Below are positions 48,814-61,208 of a DNA stretch of 64,000 nt, one piece after another. Within the stretch, counting starts at the first letter, position 1, and each line of letters opens with the position of its first letter. Made by a program: the position numbers and the translations under genes. The notes under the pieces were generated by a model. It saw only the letters and a program-made list of their open reading frames with translations. It was not told where the DNA came from and did no database searches. This stretch comes from Geosiphon pyriformis uo1 (taxonomy: Eukaryota > Fungi > Glomeromycota): assembly GCA_016748015.1 (NCBI GenBank), contig JAAOMT010000762.1:310001-374000 (forward strand). Reading direction: 5' to 3'.

Positions 48814-51800
48814 CAGATCTGGTTTGGAAAGTTGCCACATGTAATGTTAAAGAAATGAATAATCCTGCAAAACAAGAAAATATCATTTGTTGGCATAAAG
48901 ATATGGGCAATTTAATTTCTATTTTTATGGAATCAAAGCTGAAAAAAAAAGTTCATTTGTAAATTGCTAGCAGGTTTGATGGTGTTTGGGTGTTTACTTC
49001 TGGTTTGAATTCTGGTTATCTGGGTGCTAGTGTGGTTATTGTCATGAATTTTTTTTTAGTAAAACATGTATATAAGATCTCTGAGGTACTTGGTCGGCTA
49101 TTATACATCAAATTGCTTTTCAAAAATAAACTTTCTGTGTCTATTTTGGGTCTTTATGCTGGTGTTTCTTTAGTGGTTTGGTTCTCTCAAGCCAATAAGA
49201 TCAATGTTCTCATTGTGAAGGCTGTTAATAAGTCTTCTTTTATTGTTCTTGGTGGGTGATTTTAATGAAGATGGGTCTTATAAGTGTGCTAATTTTAAAA
49301 AATGCCTGGATCTGGGACTGGTTAATTCTTTGGTTGGAAGTTTGGCTGCTAAAACGCCCATTTGAGTGAATTTTAGGGGTGTTGAGAAAACCATTGACTA
49401 TGTGTTTATTTCTTCTAATCTAATCAATGTGGTTGTTCATTATGGCGTTTCTGATGATAGCAAACATTTTAACATGGATCACCAGGCTGTCTCTGTGTCT
49501 TTGGGATTGGGTGGACTTTTGGATATTCATTTGATTTTTCTTTGCAAACAAATGAATAGAGATTATTGGAAGTTTGACATCAAAAATGCCAATGAGACAA
49601 AATGGTTTGAGTTCAGAGATAATACAACTGCTAATGCTATTATGTTTTCAGATGCATTTGGTTTTGCTGTGAGGTTCTCAGATCTGGATGCCTATGTGGG
49701 ACATTATTTGCAAGATCATGGTTCTTTCGGCTGATAGTGCATTTAAGAAGAAATGGTTCAAGGATTTTGATGGTGTTTTTACCAAGGAGTTTTCCAGATT
49801 TCATAAGCTAGAGTTGCTGGTTTCCAAGCTGGTCAAGGCTTTGTGTTTAATTTTTTGTTGTGATTTTGTTGTGTTGCTGGACACATAGGACAAGCTCAAT
49901 TCTACTAGTACATCAGTGGTAAAATCTCTTTTTCTTTCAGGTTTTAATTTTAATCTTATTTGTTCTGTATTTGCCAAGACAAGAAAATTATACTATGCTG
50001 CCAAGTTGTTGGAATCCAAGCATGCTGAGGAGTCTCATATCAAGCAGGCTATTGTTAAGAAAATGGAGAGTTTTGAGTTAGACAAAAGTCATATCATCAG
50101 GAGTGTGTTGGAGCATTCTTTTTGTAAGGTGGTTTTGGATCATCTGGTTGTGGGAGATAAGTTGATTTTGGAGCCTAATTTGGTCAAATCTAAGATGGAT
50201 AAGATCATAAAGGAATGGACCAGAAAACATAGAGTGGTATTTGAGCTTTCTGCTGATTGGGTTTGCCAATTTCAGCCTCTGGATTATGTGTTTGATGGTG
50301 CTTTCTCTGGTGTTATGTGTTCGATTAGTCTTAATGAAATGTCTGCCATTGTCAAAAATTTTTCTGATGAAAAGACTGTTGGCTTTTTTGGTATTTCTAA
50401 TGAATTGTGGAAACATTGTGACAAGTCAGTTTTAGATATGCTTCTGGTGTTTTTAAACTTTTGCTTAGTTAGTGAGTTGGTTCCTGGACCTTGGAGAGAT
50501 GCTTGGGTTTCAATGATACCTAAACCATATGAATGAGAGGGTGTTCTCATGAATACCCGTCCAATTGCTCTGATTGAAACAGCCCACAAGATTCTTTCTA
50601 AGGTTTTTTCAGACAAGATTTTTTCAGCTTGCAGTGCTTTCAATGTTTTTTATAGAGACAACTTCTCGGTTTTAAAAGGCACAATGACACAATCTCCTAT
50701 TTTTGTTATTGGTTCTATTGTTGAGAATGTCTTGGAAAAAAACAGGGAACTTTGGCTGGTTTTATAAGACATGCATAAAGCTTATAACTCGATTAGTTGG
50801 AAACATCTCAGAAGGAGTCTGGTTAGAATTAAGATGTGTGACAAGTTTATAAGATTCTTTGGTAACATTTACAATAGTTGCATCAATAAGATGATAACAG
50901 ATTTTGAATTGACTGATGAATATTATGTTCATGATGGGTTGAACCAAGAGGAAGTTTTCTCACCTCTTTTTTGGTGCATATTTTATGATTCACTCTTGTA
51001 TGAGGTCAAGAGACAGAAGAATGTTTGTGGTTACAGGTTAAATTCCCATTTTATTTTTAAGACTGGCCGAGTAGATCTTCAGGCTGGGCTGACTTCATTT
51101 CTTACTGCTGGTGCTTTTGTCAATAATACAATATAGGTTGGTAACAGCTAGACCACTACACAACACATCTTTGATATTGCTAGTGAATTTTCAGGTTTAA
51201 TGACATTTCTGTAAATAACAACAAAACAGTGGCTATCCCTATCAATTGTCAGATTATAAATCTCCATCTTGCTATTAGTGGATTACCTATTTCTATCGCA
51301 AAAAAGAGAGAATCTCATTGTTATCTGGGTATTTTCTTGTTGACTGAGAGTTTGTCTAAGCCTAGCTTGGCTAAGACTCATTCAGATATTTAGTTTTTTG
51401 TGAATCTTGTTTTAAAAAAGGCAATTTCAGATAAACAGTTTGCATATTTGGTGTTTGCAGTTCTGTTTTTCATCATTAGCTACAAAACCCAGTTTAATTT
51501 CATTTCTAATAGTGTGTATAATAAATGGAATGCTCTGATTCACAAAGACCTAAAGTCAAAGAAATCAGAACTGCCACTTGATTTTTCCAATAATGTGCTT
51601 TATCATTCCTTTTTGTACAATTTAAAGACTTTTGAACAGATCCAAGCTGAGAGTAAATTGACATCTGTTATCAATTTTGCAAATTCAGTTTGTATTTTGG
51701 GTTGTTTATTTTCTTATAGGTCTCATGATCTCCAGGTTTTTAGTTGGCATTTTCATTATCTTTTACTGTTTCCAGCTCATGTCAATGTGAACCCTTCAAA

Positions 51801-53502
51801 TAAATTTTTAGCCAGTGTGGTTTGTTGTTTTTCTGGGTGTGATTTGTTTTTAGACAACTCTCTGGTCTGTGTTTTTCACTTTTGGGGTGGTACTTTTATG
51901 TCTATGGTTCTTGATAAGCCATATTTTCTCAAATGTGTTTTGTTACTCAAATGTTATGAAATTGCTTTTGTGGAGCAGCTGCAAGACTGAAATGATGGTG
52001 TCTTTGATTGGAAAACCTTTAAGCATTGGAAAAAGCTGGATTTCCATGGCCCAGTTTTGTTTAGGTTTGATCTTTCTGTTTGCTTTTTTGGGAGTGATGT
52101 TCTTCCTTCTGGGTGCTCTTCACTTATGGATAGTAGTGCTGTCTCTGATATTTGTCAGTCTTATGATTTCAGTGTTATTTGTAACAATTTGTTGACCACT
52201 GATGCAGCCTGTTTTTCTGTGTATATGGATAAGTCTCTGTGTGGTTTGGGTACTATTGATATGAAGAGTGGTGCTGCAATTTTTTTTCAGGACATTAACT
52301 TGGATCTGGGTGTAAAAGTGTCTGGTCTGGTTTCTTCTACTCTGATAGAACTACAGGCCATTGCTTTAGCTCTTGAGTGTGTTTTTTCTTTTCAGTCAAT
52401 CAACTTATTTTCAGACAGCCAAACTGCTCTGGATGTGTGCAAATTGAAATCCTTTTTGATTCATCCAGATTTCAGGAACCAGTGTTGAATTGAGCATCAC
52501 CATATTATTGATGTTATTTGTCACAAAAATTTAAGTGTGAATTAGATTAAAGTTAGAGGACATTCAGGTGTCTCGGGCAATAAGTGCACTAATGCACTTA
52601 CTAAGAATGCCACTCTCTCTGTCTGGCAACTGCCCTATTTGATCAGTGAAAAATTTTTGAGAGCTGGTGATACTGCAGTTTCTGGTAATTCTAGACACTT
52701 TGTTTGTGATGTTTTCCAGTCTGTTCATCATGCACGTTGGGAGGTTGGATTGGGCTCTCAGGTTACACTAAATAGTCTGTGTGCTGATATCAATTGGTTG
52801 AAGTTCTCCATGGTATAGCACACAGATTCTTATTTGGCTACTGGTTTCACTAGTATACAAACTGCCAGTCTTCATACTTACTTTATAAAGGCCCTCCATC
52901 ATTAGCTTCCAGTTGCTGTGTACAAATATTTGTATGATAGGTGTTATTTCAGTGTGGTTTGTTTATTCTGTGGTGATGTAGAAGTCTCCAACCATGTTTT
53001 TTGTTGTCTGTTTGATGTTGCAGGTCGTGTTCAGTTGTTGGATGCTTATGCATCTGTTTGGAAGGCTCATTCAGGTTTATCTTGGTCTTCTTTGGGTGTT
53101 TTGCAGTTGCTGTATACTTGTGTTTCCAATATTGCAGTTGGTTTGGCTTTGTGCAAAGGCTTTGTTTTCAATAATTGATATTGTGAGTCTGTTTCTGTTT
53201 TTAGAAATCCTAGAGTTATGACATCAAAAGTTGTGGACTTCATTTATGAGTTTTGTCTTGCATTCAGGGAGAATATTTGGCTGGTTTGTGCCAAACACCA
53301 GGCTTTTATGGACAAAAATGGGCTAATCTCACATGATGGTTCCATTTCTACCTCAATTTCTGGTTTATCCACGTCATTTTAGGCTGGTATAGTTAAGTTG
53401 CTGGGTATTGCTGAAGCGTTTGATGTAGGTTTTGGATTTTGTAATCCATGTTCATTTTTCTCAGGTATTAGAAACTTGGTTTCTGTTCATATAGGTGTGT
53501 AG
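48810..53502 (+). pseudogene. E8 ORF2, disrupted (ATG decayed to ATA)
   Basis: WKVATCNV, TIDYV, RPIAL, GLNQEEVFSP, AFVNNTI, YMDKS, IELQA, FSDSQ, RGHSG, CLFC. Confidence 0.92.
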
Positions 53503-53777
53503 TGTTGTTTTGATTGGTCTGAGTGGCTGGTCATATGTAGAAAATACATGATTTGCTCATAGTTTAAATCATTTGTATAATATATAGTATTATGTTGTGT
53601 TTGGATTTCATTTATTAAATATAAAAAAATTAATAAAAATTAATAAAAACAAAACTTTTTTTCTTCTATATTCTAAATTCTTTAAAAAACAAATTTTCAA
53701 AGAAGTTTTTTATTTTTATTTTTTTTAGTTATATTATTTTCAACATTTCTCAAGCTAATAATTTTTTTGTAATAAAC

Positions 53778-55649
53778 TTAAAAACTGTTTTAAGTAGCAA
53801 CATGTCTAAGAAAAAGGTGTTTAAAGAAACTCTTTATGGTTTTATAGATAGTATTTTTTCTTAGAAGAAAAAAGTTTCTATAAGCAATATTAAGCACTCT
53901 GGTAATAAAAAAAATTTCTTTGGTCAAATCTAGTCTTAATAATAGTATGTATTTGAATATGAACAATAAATCTAATAATGGTGAATTTGGTAATATGTCT
54001 GAAAACATTAGTAATAGTTTTTTTTTAAATTTGAATGCAACAATATCTAATACCAAAAGAATTAATTCTGGTCTGAACTGTAGCTCTTTTATTGATATAA
54101 TCGACTATAAAATAGATTAGGATAAGGAGTTTCTTCCTTTCTCTATTAATATTTTTCTGAACAAAAAATAGGTTAATTTAAAAATAGTAAAGGCTCCAGT
54201 GGAAGTGTCAATCAGAAAATATTTTGTTTTGGATATTAATTTTTTAGCTATTGAAGACAAATTGGCAACAGTAAAAACTCAATTTATTAAGAAAATTTTT
54301 TCAATTATCAATAGTTTTGGAAGGATTACTACTCCTTTAAAATTTGAAAAATTATTAGATTAATGTTTACTTTAGAGAAAAACATGAAGAAAACTGTATC
54401 ATTGACCAGAAAAAAAGGCATTATGGTAAACAACAATCTTAAAAAACAAAAAATCAGGTCAGATTAGACTGTGGTAATTAAAAAAATTTCTATGGACATG
54501 TTAAAAGAAATAATTGTTATTACAGTTGTTAAATATGATCAAATTGTGTCTATAAAAATGCAACTTATTAGACTATGGCAGAAGACTGTAATAAAATTTG
54601 CTAAATCAAGCCAGACAGATCAGTTGGCCTTAAAATAGTCATTCCTAATTGAGAAAAATTCAATGTGTATAGCCAAGACTATAAGAGATTGTAAAATTTG
54701 GGCATCTAGAAATTAGTTTAAGGCATTTTTGTTTATCTTGTCTGTAGAAATAACAGCTTATAATCTGGACCATTATATTAGAAAGAGCTGGTGGGAAAAT
54801 CTGTGTTATTAATTACTCACTTGAGACTAACAATTGGGTTTACTGTGCTGTAGTTGGTTTTAAATCAGATGAAAAACTAGAGTTTACTTTTTATACAGAG
54901 CTAATTTTTGGTAGTATTAAACTCTTATGGACTAAAATAAATTTGGTTTGGTATAAAAAGTATAGAAAATTTGGACATTTTGCTTTAGAGTATGATATAA
55001 TAAATGTATTCACTTCTAAGTCTTTAAAATTATTTAAAAGAATAGTTTCAAATGCAGATTACTTTTAGCTAGCCAAATTGTACAAAAAGAAAAATGTTTT
55101 TATCTTTTATTTTGCTGTTTTTAGTGACAAATTTTGAATTCAAGTAACTTTTTACTATATTTTTTTACAAATACTTGCTTTGGTTTTGATTTTGGTTCCC
55201 TTTTTTCTAATATATTACACAGTAAAAATAGTATATTTGTTGCTCAAAATAATTTATTTATTGATGCTCACTTGGCTTTTCTAAAACATTCATTGGAGCT
55301 GTTAACTAATCAAATATCTGGTATTGTACAAAAATTAAGCATTATAGATTTGGTGCTCCTGGTGCCTGCTTCTTAAACTCTTTTTTTTATTGTGTTTGTT
55401 TTTTTAGAGTCAAATTTAAATTTGAATATGATTTTGAATAACTCATTTATGTCACCTGTTTTCTCTCTTTTAGTTGTAAATAATATAGTTTTAGATTTAG
55501 ATATAAGTAGATTTAAAGTTTTAATTACCAAAATAGGTGGATTGAAATTTAAAATGATAGTTCTTAAAGTTTTTATTGGTATAATATTGGTAAAGTTAGA
55601 TCAGTTGTATATTAGCTTAGGTTTTTTGGTGTTTTTTTCTTCTCAATAA
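53778..55649 (+). pseudogene. E9 ORF1, decayed (start approximate)
   Basis: FVLDINFLAIEDKL, LKHSLELLTNQISGIVQKL, ends SQ*. Confidence 0.8.
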
Positions 55650-58600
55650 GTAATTTGGTGTAAAAATTTGCTATATGCAATGTTTAGAGTGTTAATGTCT
55701 TTAAGCAAGAAAATATTATTTGTTAACATATGAAATTAGAAAATATGGTTTTTTTTATAATGGAAACAAAGCTAAGATCTAATATCAAATCATAGATTGC
55801 AAATAAGTTTAATGAAATATGAGTTTTTATGTCTGGTTTAAAAAAGAAGTTTTTCAGTATTGGTGTGATTATTATTATAAACAATTCTTTGGCTTAATAT
55901 GTTTTAAAGATAGAAAAAGTTCTTGGTTATATTATCTCAGTATGCCTTTTTTTTAAAAACAAACTCTCAGTTATGATTTTAAGTTTATATGCTGGTACTT
56001 CTATTAAAACTAGGTTTAGTCAGACTTTAGGTTAATTTTTTTATTGCTAATGTTGTCAATTCTAACACTTTTGTGATTTTAAATAAGAACTTTAATGAAA
56101 ATAGGTTTGAAAAGAGTATGAGTTTTAAATTCTGTTTGAAATTAGATTTGATTAACTTATTTGGTAAACATTTTTTAGTCAAAACATTAACTTAGAGCAA
56201 TTTAAAAGGTGTTGAAAAAGTTATAGATTATATTTTTGTAAGTAAGAACTTATTATCTGCAATTACTGGTCATAGTGTTAACTCTGTGTTTACATTATTT
56301 AACATTAATTACAAGGCTGTCTTGGTGTTAATTGGTTTGGATAATTTTTTGGATATTTATTTAAATAGTGTGTATAAACAAGTTAACAAAAATTGTTGGA
56401 AGTTTAAATTCAAAGATACAAATAGTGCCAAGTAGATACATTTCAAAAAGTGTTTTTTTATCAAACTTTTGGTGGTGGAGAATAAGTTTTCAGATGTTAA
56501 AGTTAGTGGTAATTTAGATGCTATGTGAAAATTGCTAAAAAAAATGATGATAAAGTCAGCTAATGCAATATTTTTTAAACTTTGGTTTAGTGAGTTTTAG
56601 TGTTCAAAAAACAGACTATTTTTTAAGTTTTATGGTTTAGGATTGTTTATTGCCAAGATAATTAAAAGGTTAAGCTTAGATAATATGCTTGAATACAATT
56701 ATTTTGTTAAGAAATGGTCAACTTTGGATGATAATAAGACTTTCAAGACTGTAAACATAGTTTAGAATGGTGCAAAATTACCTGATATTATCAAATATTT
56801 GTTATTAATTTGAAAAAAGTATAGAAAGTTCAAGATGTATGAGTCAAGATTGGCTGAAAAGGCATCTATTAAGAAAGCTATTAAGAAGTGCATAGAAAGT
56901 TTTAGTTCTAATAAAGCAGATATAATTAGAAATATTTTGGATTAGCCATTTTACAAAGTAGTGCTAGATTACTTAATAGTGGATGGTAAGTTGATTTTTG
57001 AATCAAAGAATGTAAAACTTAATATTAATAAGATTATAAAAGATTGGACAAGAAAGTGACTGTGTTTTTGGTAATATTTGATATCTGGATTCACTAATAT
57101 GTACTGTTGGGTTGTGTGAATGATGATGCTTTTGCTAGTGTAATAAGTGAGATAAGTATAAAAAAATTGTTCTTGATAATTAACAGTCTGCTTAATGGCA
57201 AAGCTGCTAATTTGTCTGGCATTCTTAATGAACTTTAAAAACATAGTAATTATAAAATAATAAGGTATTTGTTGGAATTGTTAAATATATGTTTGTTTTT
57301 TGGTGGTGTTTCTGTTTTGAAAAGTATATCTACTTAGTTTCCTGTATTTGTTGTTAGATTAGTAATTGAAAATACTTTAGAAAAAAATAGAGAGCTTTGG
57401 TTAGTCTTGTAAAATATGCACAAAACATATAACTTGGTTGGTTAATATTACTTAAAAGCTAATTTGTGGCAGATCAAAATGTGTGATAGATTTATCAGAT
57501 TTTTTGGCAGCATATACAAAAACAGGATTAATAGAATAATGACAGATTTTGGTTTTTTAAGTGATTATAAGATATGTAATGAATTGGATTAGAGTAAAGT
57601 CTTCTTGGCTCTCCTTTGAAGAATTTTTTATGATTTATTCTTATGTAAAGTTAAATGGCATAAACATTTGTGTAAATATCAGATTGATTCTAATTTTATG
57701 ACAAAAATTGGTAGAATTGAAAATAGTAATAGAATGTCATCTTTTTTTTTAGCTAATACATTTGTTAATAACACAATTTAGATTGAGAATAGTTAAACTT
57801 CCACATAGTATGCTTTAAATTGCCAATAAATTTTTTATAATCAATAATATTTTAATCAACAATAAAAAAACAGTGGCTATTCTTATTAACCAAGATATTA
57901 AAATTGCTTCTTTAAGAATCAATAATCTGCTAATTTCAATTGCCAAAAAGAGCAAAATGCACAAATATCTGGAAATCTTTTTATTAACTAATAGATTATT
58001 CAAGCCAAGTATGGCCAAAGCTTATTTTGATGTTTGCTTTTTTTTTAACATAGTGCTTAAAAAGACTGTTATAGATAAGCAGTTTTTCTATTTAGTGTCA
58101 ACTGTTTTGCAGCCCATAGTTAATTATAGAATCTAGTTCAGTTTTATTTTATCAAGTATGTATTGCAAATAAAATATTATAGTTAAAAAAAGCTTTAAGT
58201 TCAAGACTGGTTTGCCACATGATTTCCCTAATGAGACTTTATATTATTCTTTCTTATATAGTTTAAAGTTATTTAAGCAAGTACAGTCTAAAAAAAAATT
58301 GACTACTTTGGTTATTTTTTTTAATACTCCAGGCATTCTTGGCTATTTATTTAATTACAGATTCTTGAATCTACAGATTTTGGGTTAAACTTCTTTAAAT
58401 TTTTTGCAGTTTTTTATCAAGTTATGTGTTAATCCAATGAATAATTTTTTGGCTGGAATGGTAAAAATTTTCTTGAACAATAAGTTGTCTCTGATAAATA
58501 ATCTGTCCAATATATTTCATATTTCTGGTGAGTTTTTGATGTTGGTAATTTTGGGGAAGTTTTTGTATTTTGGTTTTGTTTGTTTTTTAAAGCAGTTTAA

Positions 58601-60153
58601 GATTGTTTTTGACAATAGGCTTGTTGATAAAAAGGGTACTATAATAGACTAGAAGATTTTTTATTATTAAAAAAAATTAGATCCTAAAAGTTCTGTGCTT
58701 TATTAGTTTGAACTTGTATCAAAATTTTTGCATAATAAGGGTTTTTTGTTAATTGTTACAGCTAAGACTGGCCAGTTATTTATATACACTAATACCAATA
58801 CCCATATTCACAGCCAAAAAATACACAATTACTCTATTAGCAACATTGATAGAACTAACATCCTTCAAAAAACTATTTGTATAAACATCAATTGAATCTG
58901 ACTAAATTTTATACAAACCATACTATATATTAAACAACTCTTTAAATCTAAAATATTTAAGTTTGGCTTCTGTTTTCTACTATGGCTGATTTACAGACTG
59001 TTGTTTTATCTTTGGAGTGTGTTTCATCTTTTTGTATAGTTACTTTGCATCTTAACAGCCAAGCTACTATTGATATATGTGTTTTTGAGTTAATATTTGT
59101 TGCATCAGACTTTCATAATTCATGTTAAATAAAAAAAACATATTGTTAATCTGATTAGGAATAAAAATCTTATTATAAGTTGGATAAAAGTTAAAAGTTA
59201 TTTGAAAATTCATGGCAATATAAAAGCTAATATAATAGCTAACAAAACTGCTTATTCTCCTTTTTTTTTGCTGTTTGGAGTGCAAGAATATTTTTTGGTG
59301 GTTAATAGCACAGCTGTATTTAGCAATACCTATTATTTTGTTTAAAATTTATATAATTCTATTTGTTGTATTTATTAAGAAGCTGGCTCTAACTATGATG
59401 TTATTCCAAGTATATTAATCAAAAAGATAGATTGGGTGGTTACTGCAAAGATATGGCATTTTAATTTGCACATGTTTTCTGAGTTTATTAGTAAGAAGTT
59501 TGCAAATCTGTACACATACTTAATAAAAGCTGTATATAGACAGTTGCCAATTGTAATTAGGAAAAAATTATATAATAAAAGATATCCTAATGTGTTGTGT
59601 TTGCTATGTAATAAGGTGAAGTTGTTTGATTATGTATTTATCTGTATTTAAGATGTTAGTATTTAGGATAGAATTTTGGTTGAAGCTTCTACATAATAAA
59701 TTGCTTTAATAAGTGTTTATAATCTGTTTTTTTTGGTTATTTTGTGTATATTTTTTAGATATTTTTTGGATATAAGTTTGTACACAATAGTTTATAAGAG
59801 ATTTATGTTAAAAAATTGGTATTCACAATAGTTTGTAAGAAATTTATATTAAAGAATTGGTATTTGGAGGCTGTTGAGATTTTTGATAATAAAAAAGAAA
59901 TTATCTTTACTGTTATTAAATATGTAAAACATTTAATAAATTTGCACTATATTAAAAGATGGCTGGTAAGATTTAGTTATAGGATAATAGTTTGATATTA
60001 GAGTTGTCTTATAGTATAGTGTCTATGTTTTTTAATAGGGTGGTTTAATTGCTTAGTATTATTAAGTCTTTTATAATTAGTTTTGGTAGACATAAATCAT
60101 GTCTTTTTTTTTCTGGTTTGAGTGATGATATGTGTATTAACATAAATATATAG
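55646..60153 (+). pseudogene. E9 ORF2, decayed
   Basis: METKL, VIDYIFV, FVNNTI, PSMAKAYFDV, NVLCLLCNKVKLFDYVFIC. Confidence 0.85.
58782..58962 (-). other. ~180-bp inverted segment inside E9 ORF2 (RNase H N-terminus)
   Basis: The reverse complement reads LNILD...YKI*SDSIDVYTNSFLKDVSSINVANRVIVYFLAVNMGIGISVY, which is the piece missing from the plus strand. Confidence 0.88.
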
Positions 60154-60964
60154 TATTGCTTTGTCTGGCCTAAGTGGCTAGTTACATATAATAAAAGTGT
60201 GAATTGCATTTAGTTTAAATCACTTAGTCTGATTCTATGTATTAAATAGTAGTTGAATTTTATTTATTAAATTGCTAATAAAAAAAAATTTAATTATTTT
60301 TTAATAAATATTTTAACATAAATACTAATAACTATAATAAAAATTTTATTATAAAACAAAAACTTGATATTTTTAATTTTAATAATTGTGTAACTATAAT
60401 TAATAATAATAATATTATAATAATAGTTAAATTTTCAGTATTTTTTTAATAGTTAATATTATAATCTTAAATTTAATATAAATAAAAAAACCACTAACTT
60501 ATTTATATTTACTTTTTTGGTTTTTAAAATATTTGTTTAAAAATTCAAAGAAGTTTTATTTTTACTATTTATTTATAATTATTATTAATAATTAAAGTTT
60601 TTTATTTCTTTTTTAAAATTAGTTTTAATGTTTTTATTATTTCGAATTAAGTTTTTTAACTTTTGTATAAAACATTATTAATAAAATTATAAGTGACTAT
60701 TTTTACTAATTTTTTTTAACTATTAGTAATAGCTATTAAATCTAATACAAAAAAAATAATGTCTTGTAAAATATCTAAAAAAACAAAAAAACGTTTTATT
60801 TAAAATATTTTTTATATTTTTTTATAATTACAATCAAAAAAAATAAAAAACAATTTTTATTTATATCAATATAAAAATATAGTTTATTATTTAAAATAAA
60901 ATTTGATTAAATTAACAATAAATATTAACATATTATATATTATTAATTTTTTAGTATTAATTTT

Positions 60965-61059
60965 ATTATATTGAAATATTTGTTAATTTATTTATATTAA
61001 AATATTTGTTAATTTGTTTATATTAAAATATTTTTTAATTTGTTTATATTAAAATATTT
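60965..61059. repeat. 26-bp tandem repeat, ~3.6 copies (TTTATATTAAAATATTTGTTAATTTG)
   Basis: Units start at 60965, 60991, 61017 and 61043. Confidence 0.85.
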
Positions 61060-61208
61060 AAATTTTGCCAATATATATAGTAATAAATTTTTTATATATA
61101 TTAATAATTTTATTAATTAGCTTTTAACTAATAAAATTAAAATTTTTGTTATTATAATATATTATAATTTTAATTAACTTAAATAATTAGTTATATATAA
61201 TTTAAATT

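Larger units (their letters stand above)
46887..53626 (+). mobile_element. Full-length LINE copy E8, divergent (head-to-head) with E7
   Basis: Leader nearly identical to the E7 leader. Candidate TSD AAATTAATAA at 46877-46886 and 53627-53636. 3' UTR 53503-53620. Confidence 0.93.
53637..60288 (+). mobile_element. Full-length, more decayed LINE copy E9 (E2/E4-like subfamily) with an internal deletion and inversion
   Basis: Leader at ~53651-53711, degenerate ORF1 and ORF2 homology, stop 60151-60153, 3' UTR, A-run 60280-60288. No clear TSD. Confidence 0.9.

Noticed and set aside
1-60288. LTR retrotransposon, group II intron or bacterial retron/DGR interpretation of the RT
   Set aside because: An N-terminal APE endonuclease, A/TAA tails, variable 12-14 bp TSDs and the absence of integrase, protease or LTRs identify non-LTR elements.
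60965-61059. CRISPR array
   Set aside because: Units are directly adjacent without unique spacers, there are no cas genes, and the context is eukaryotic retroelements.
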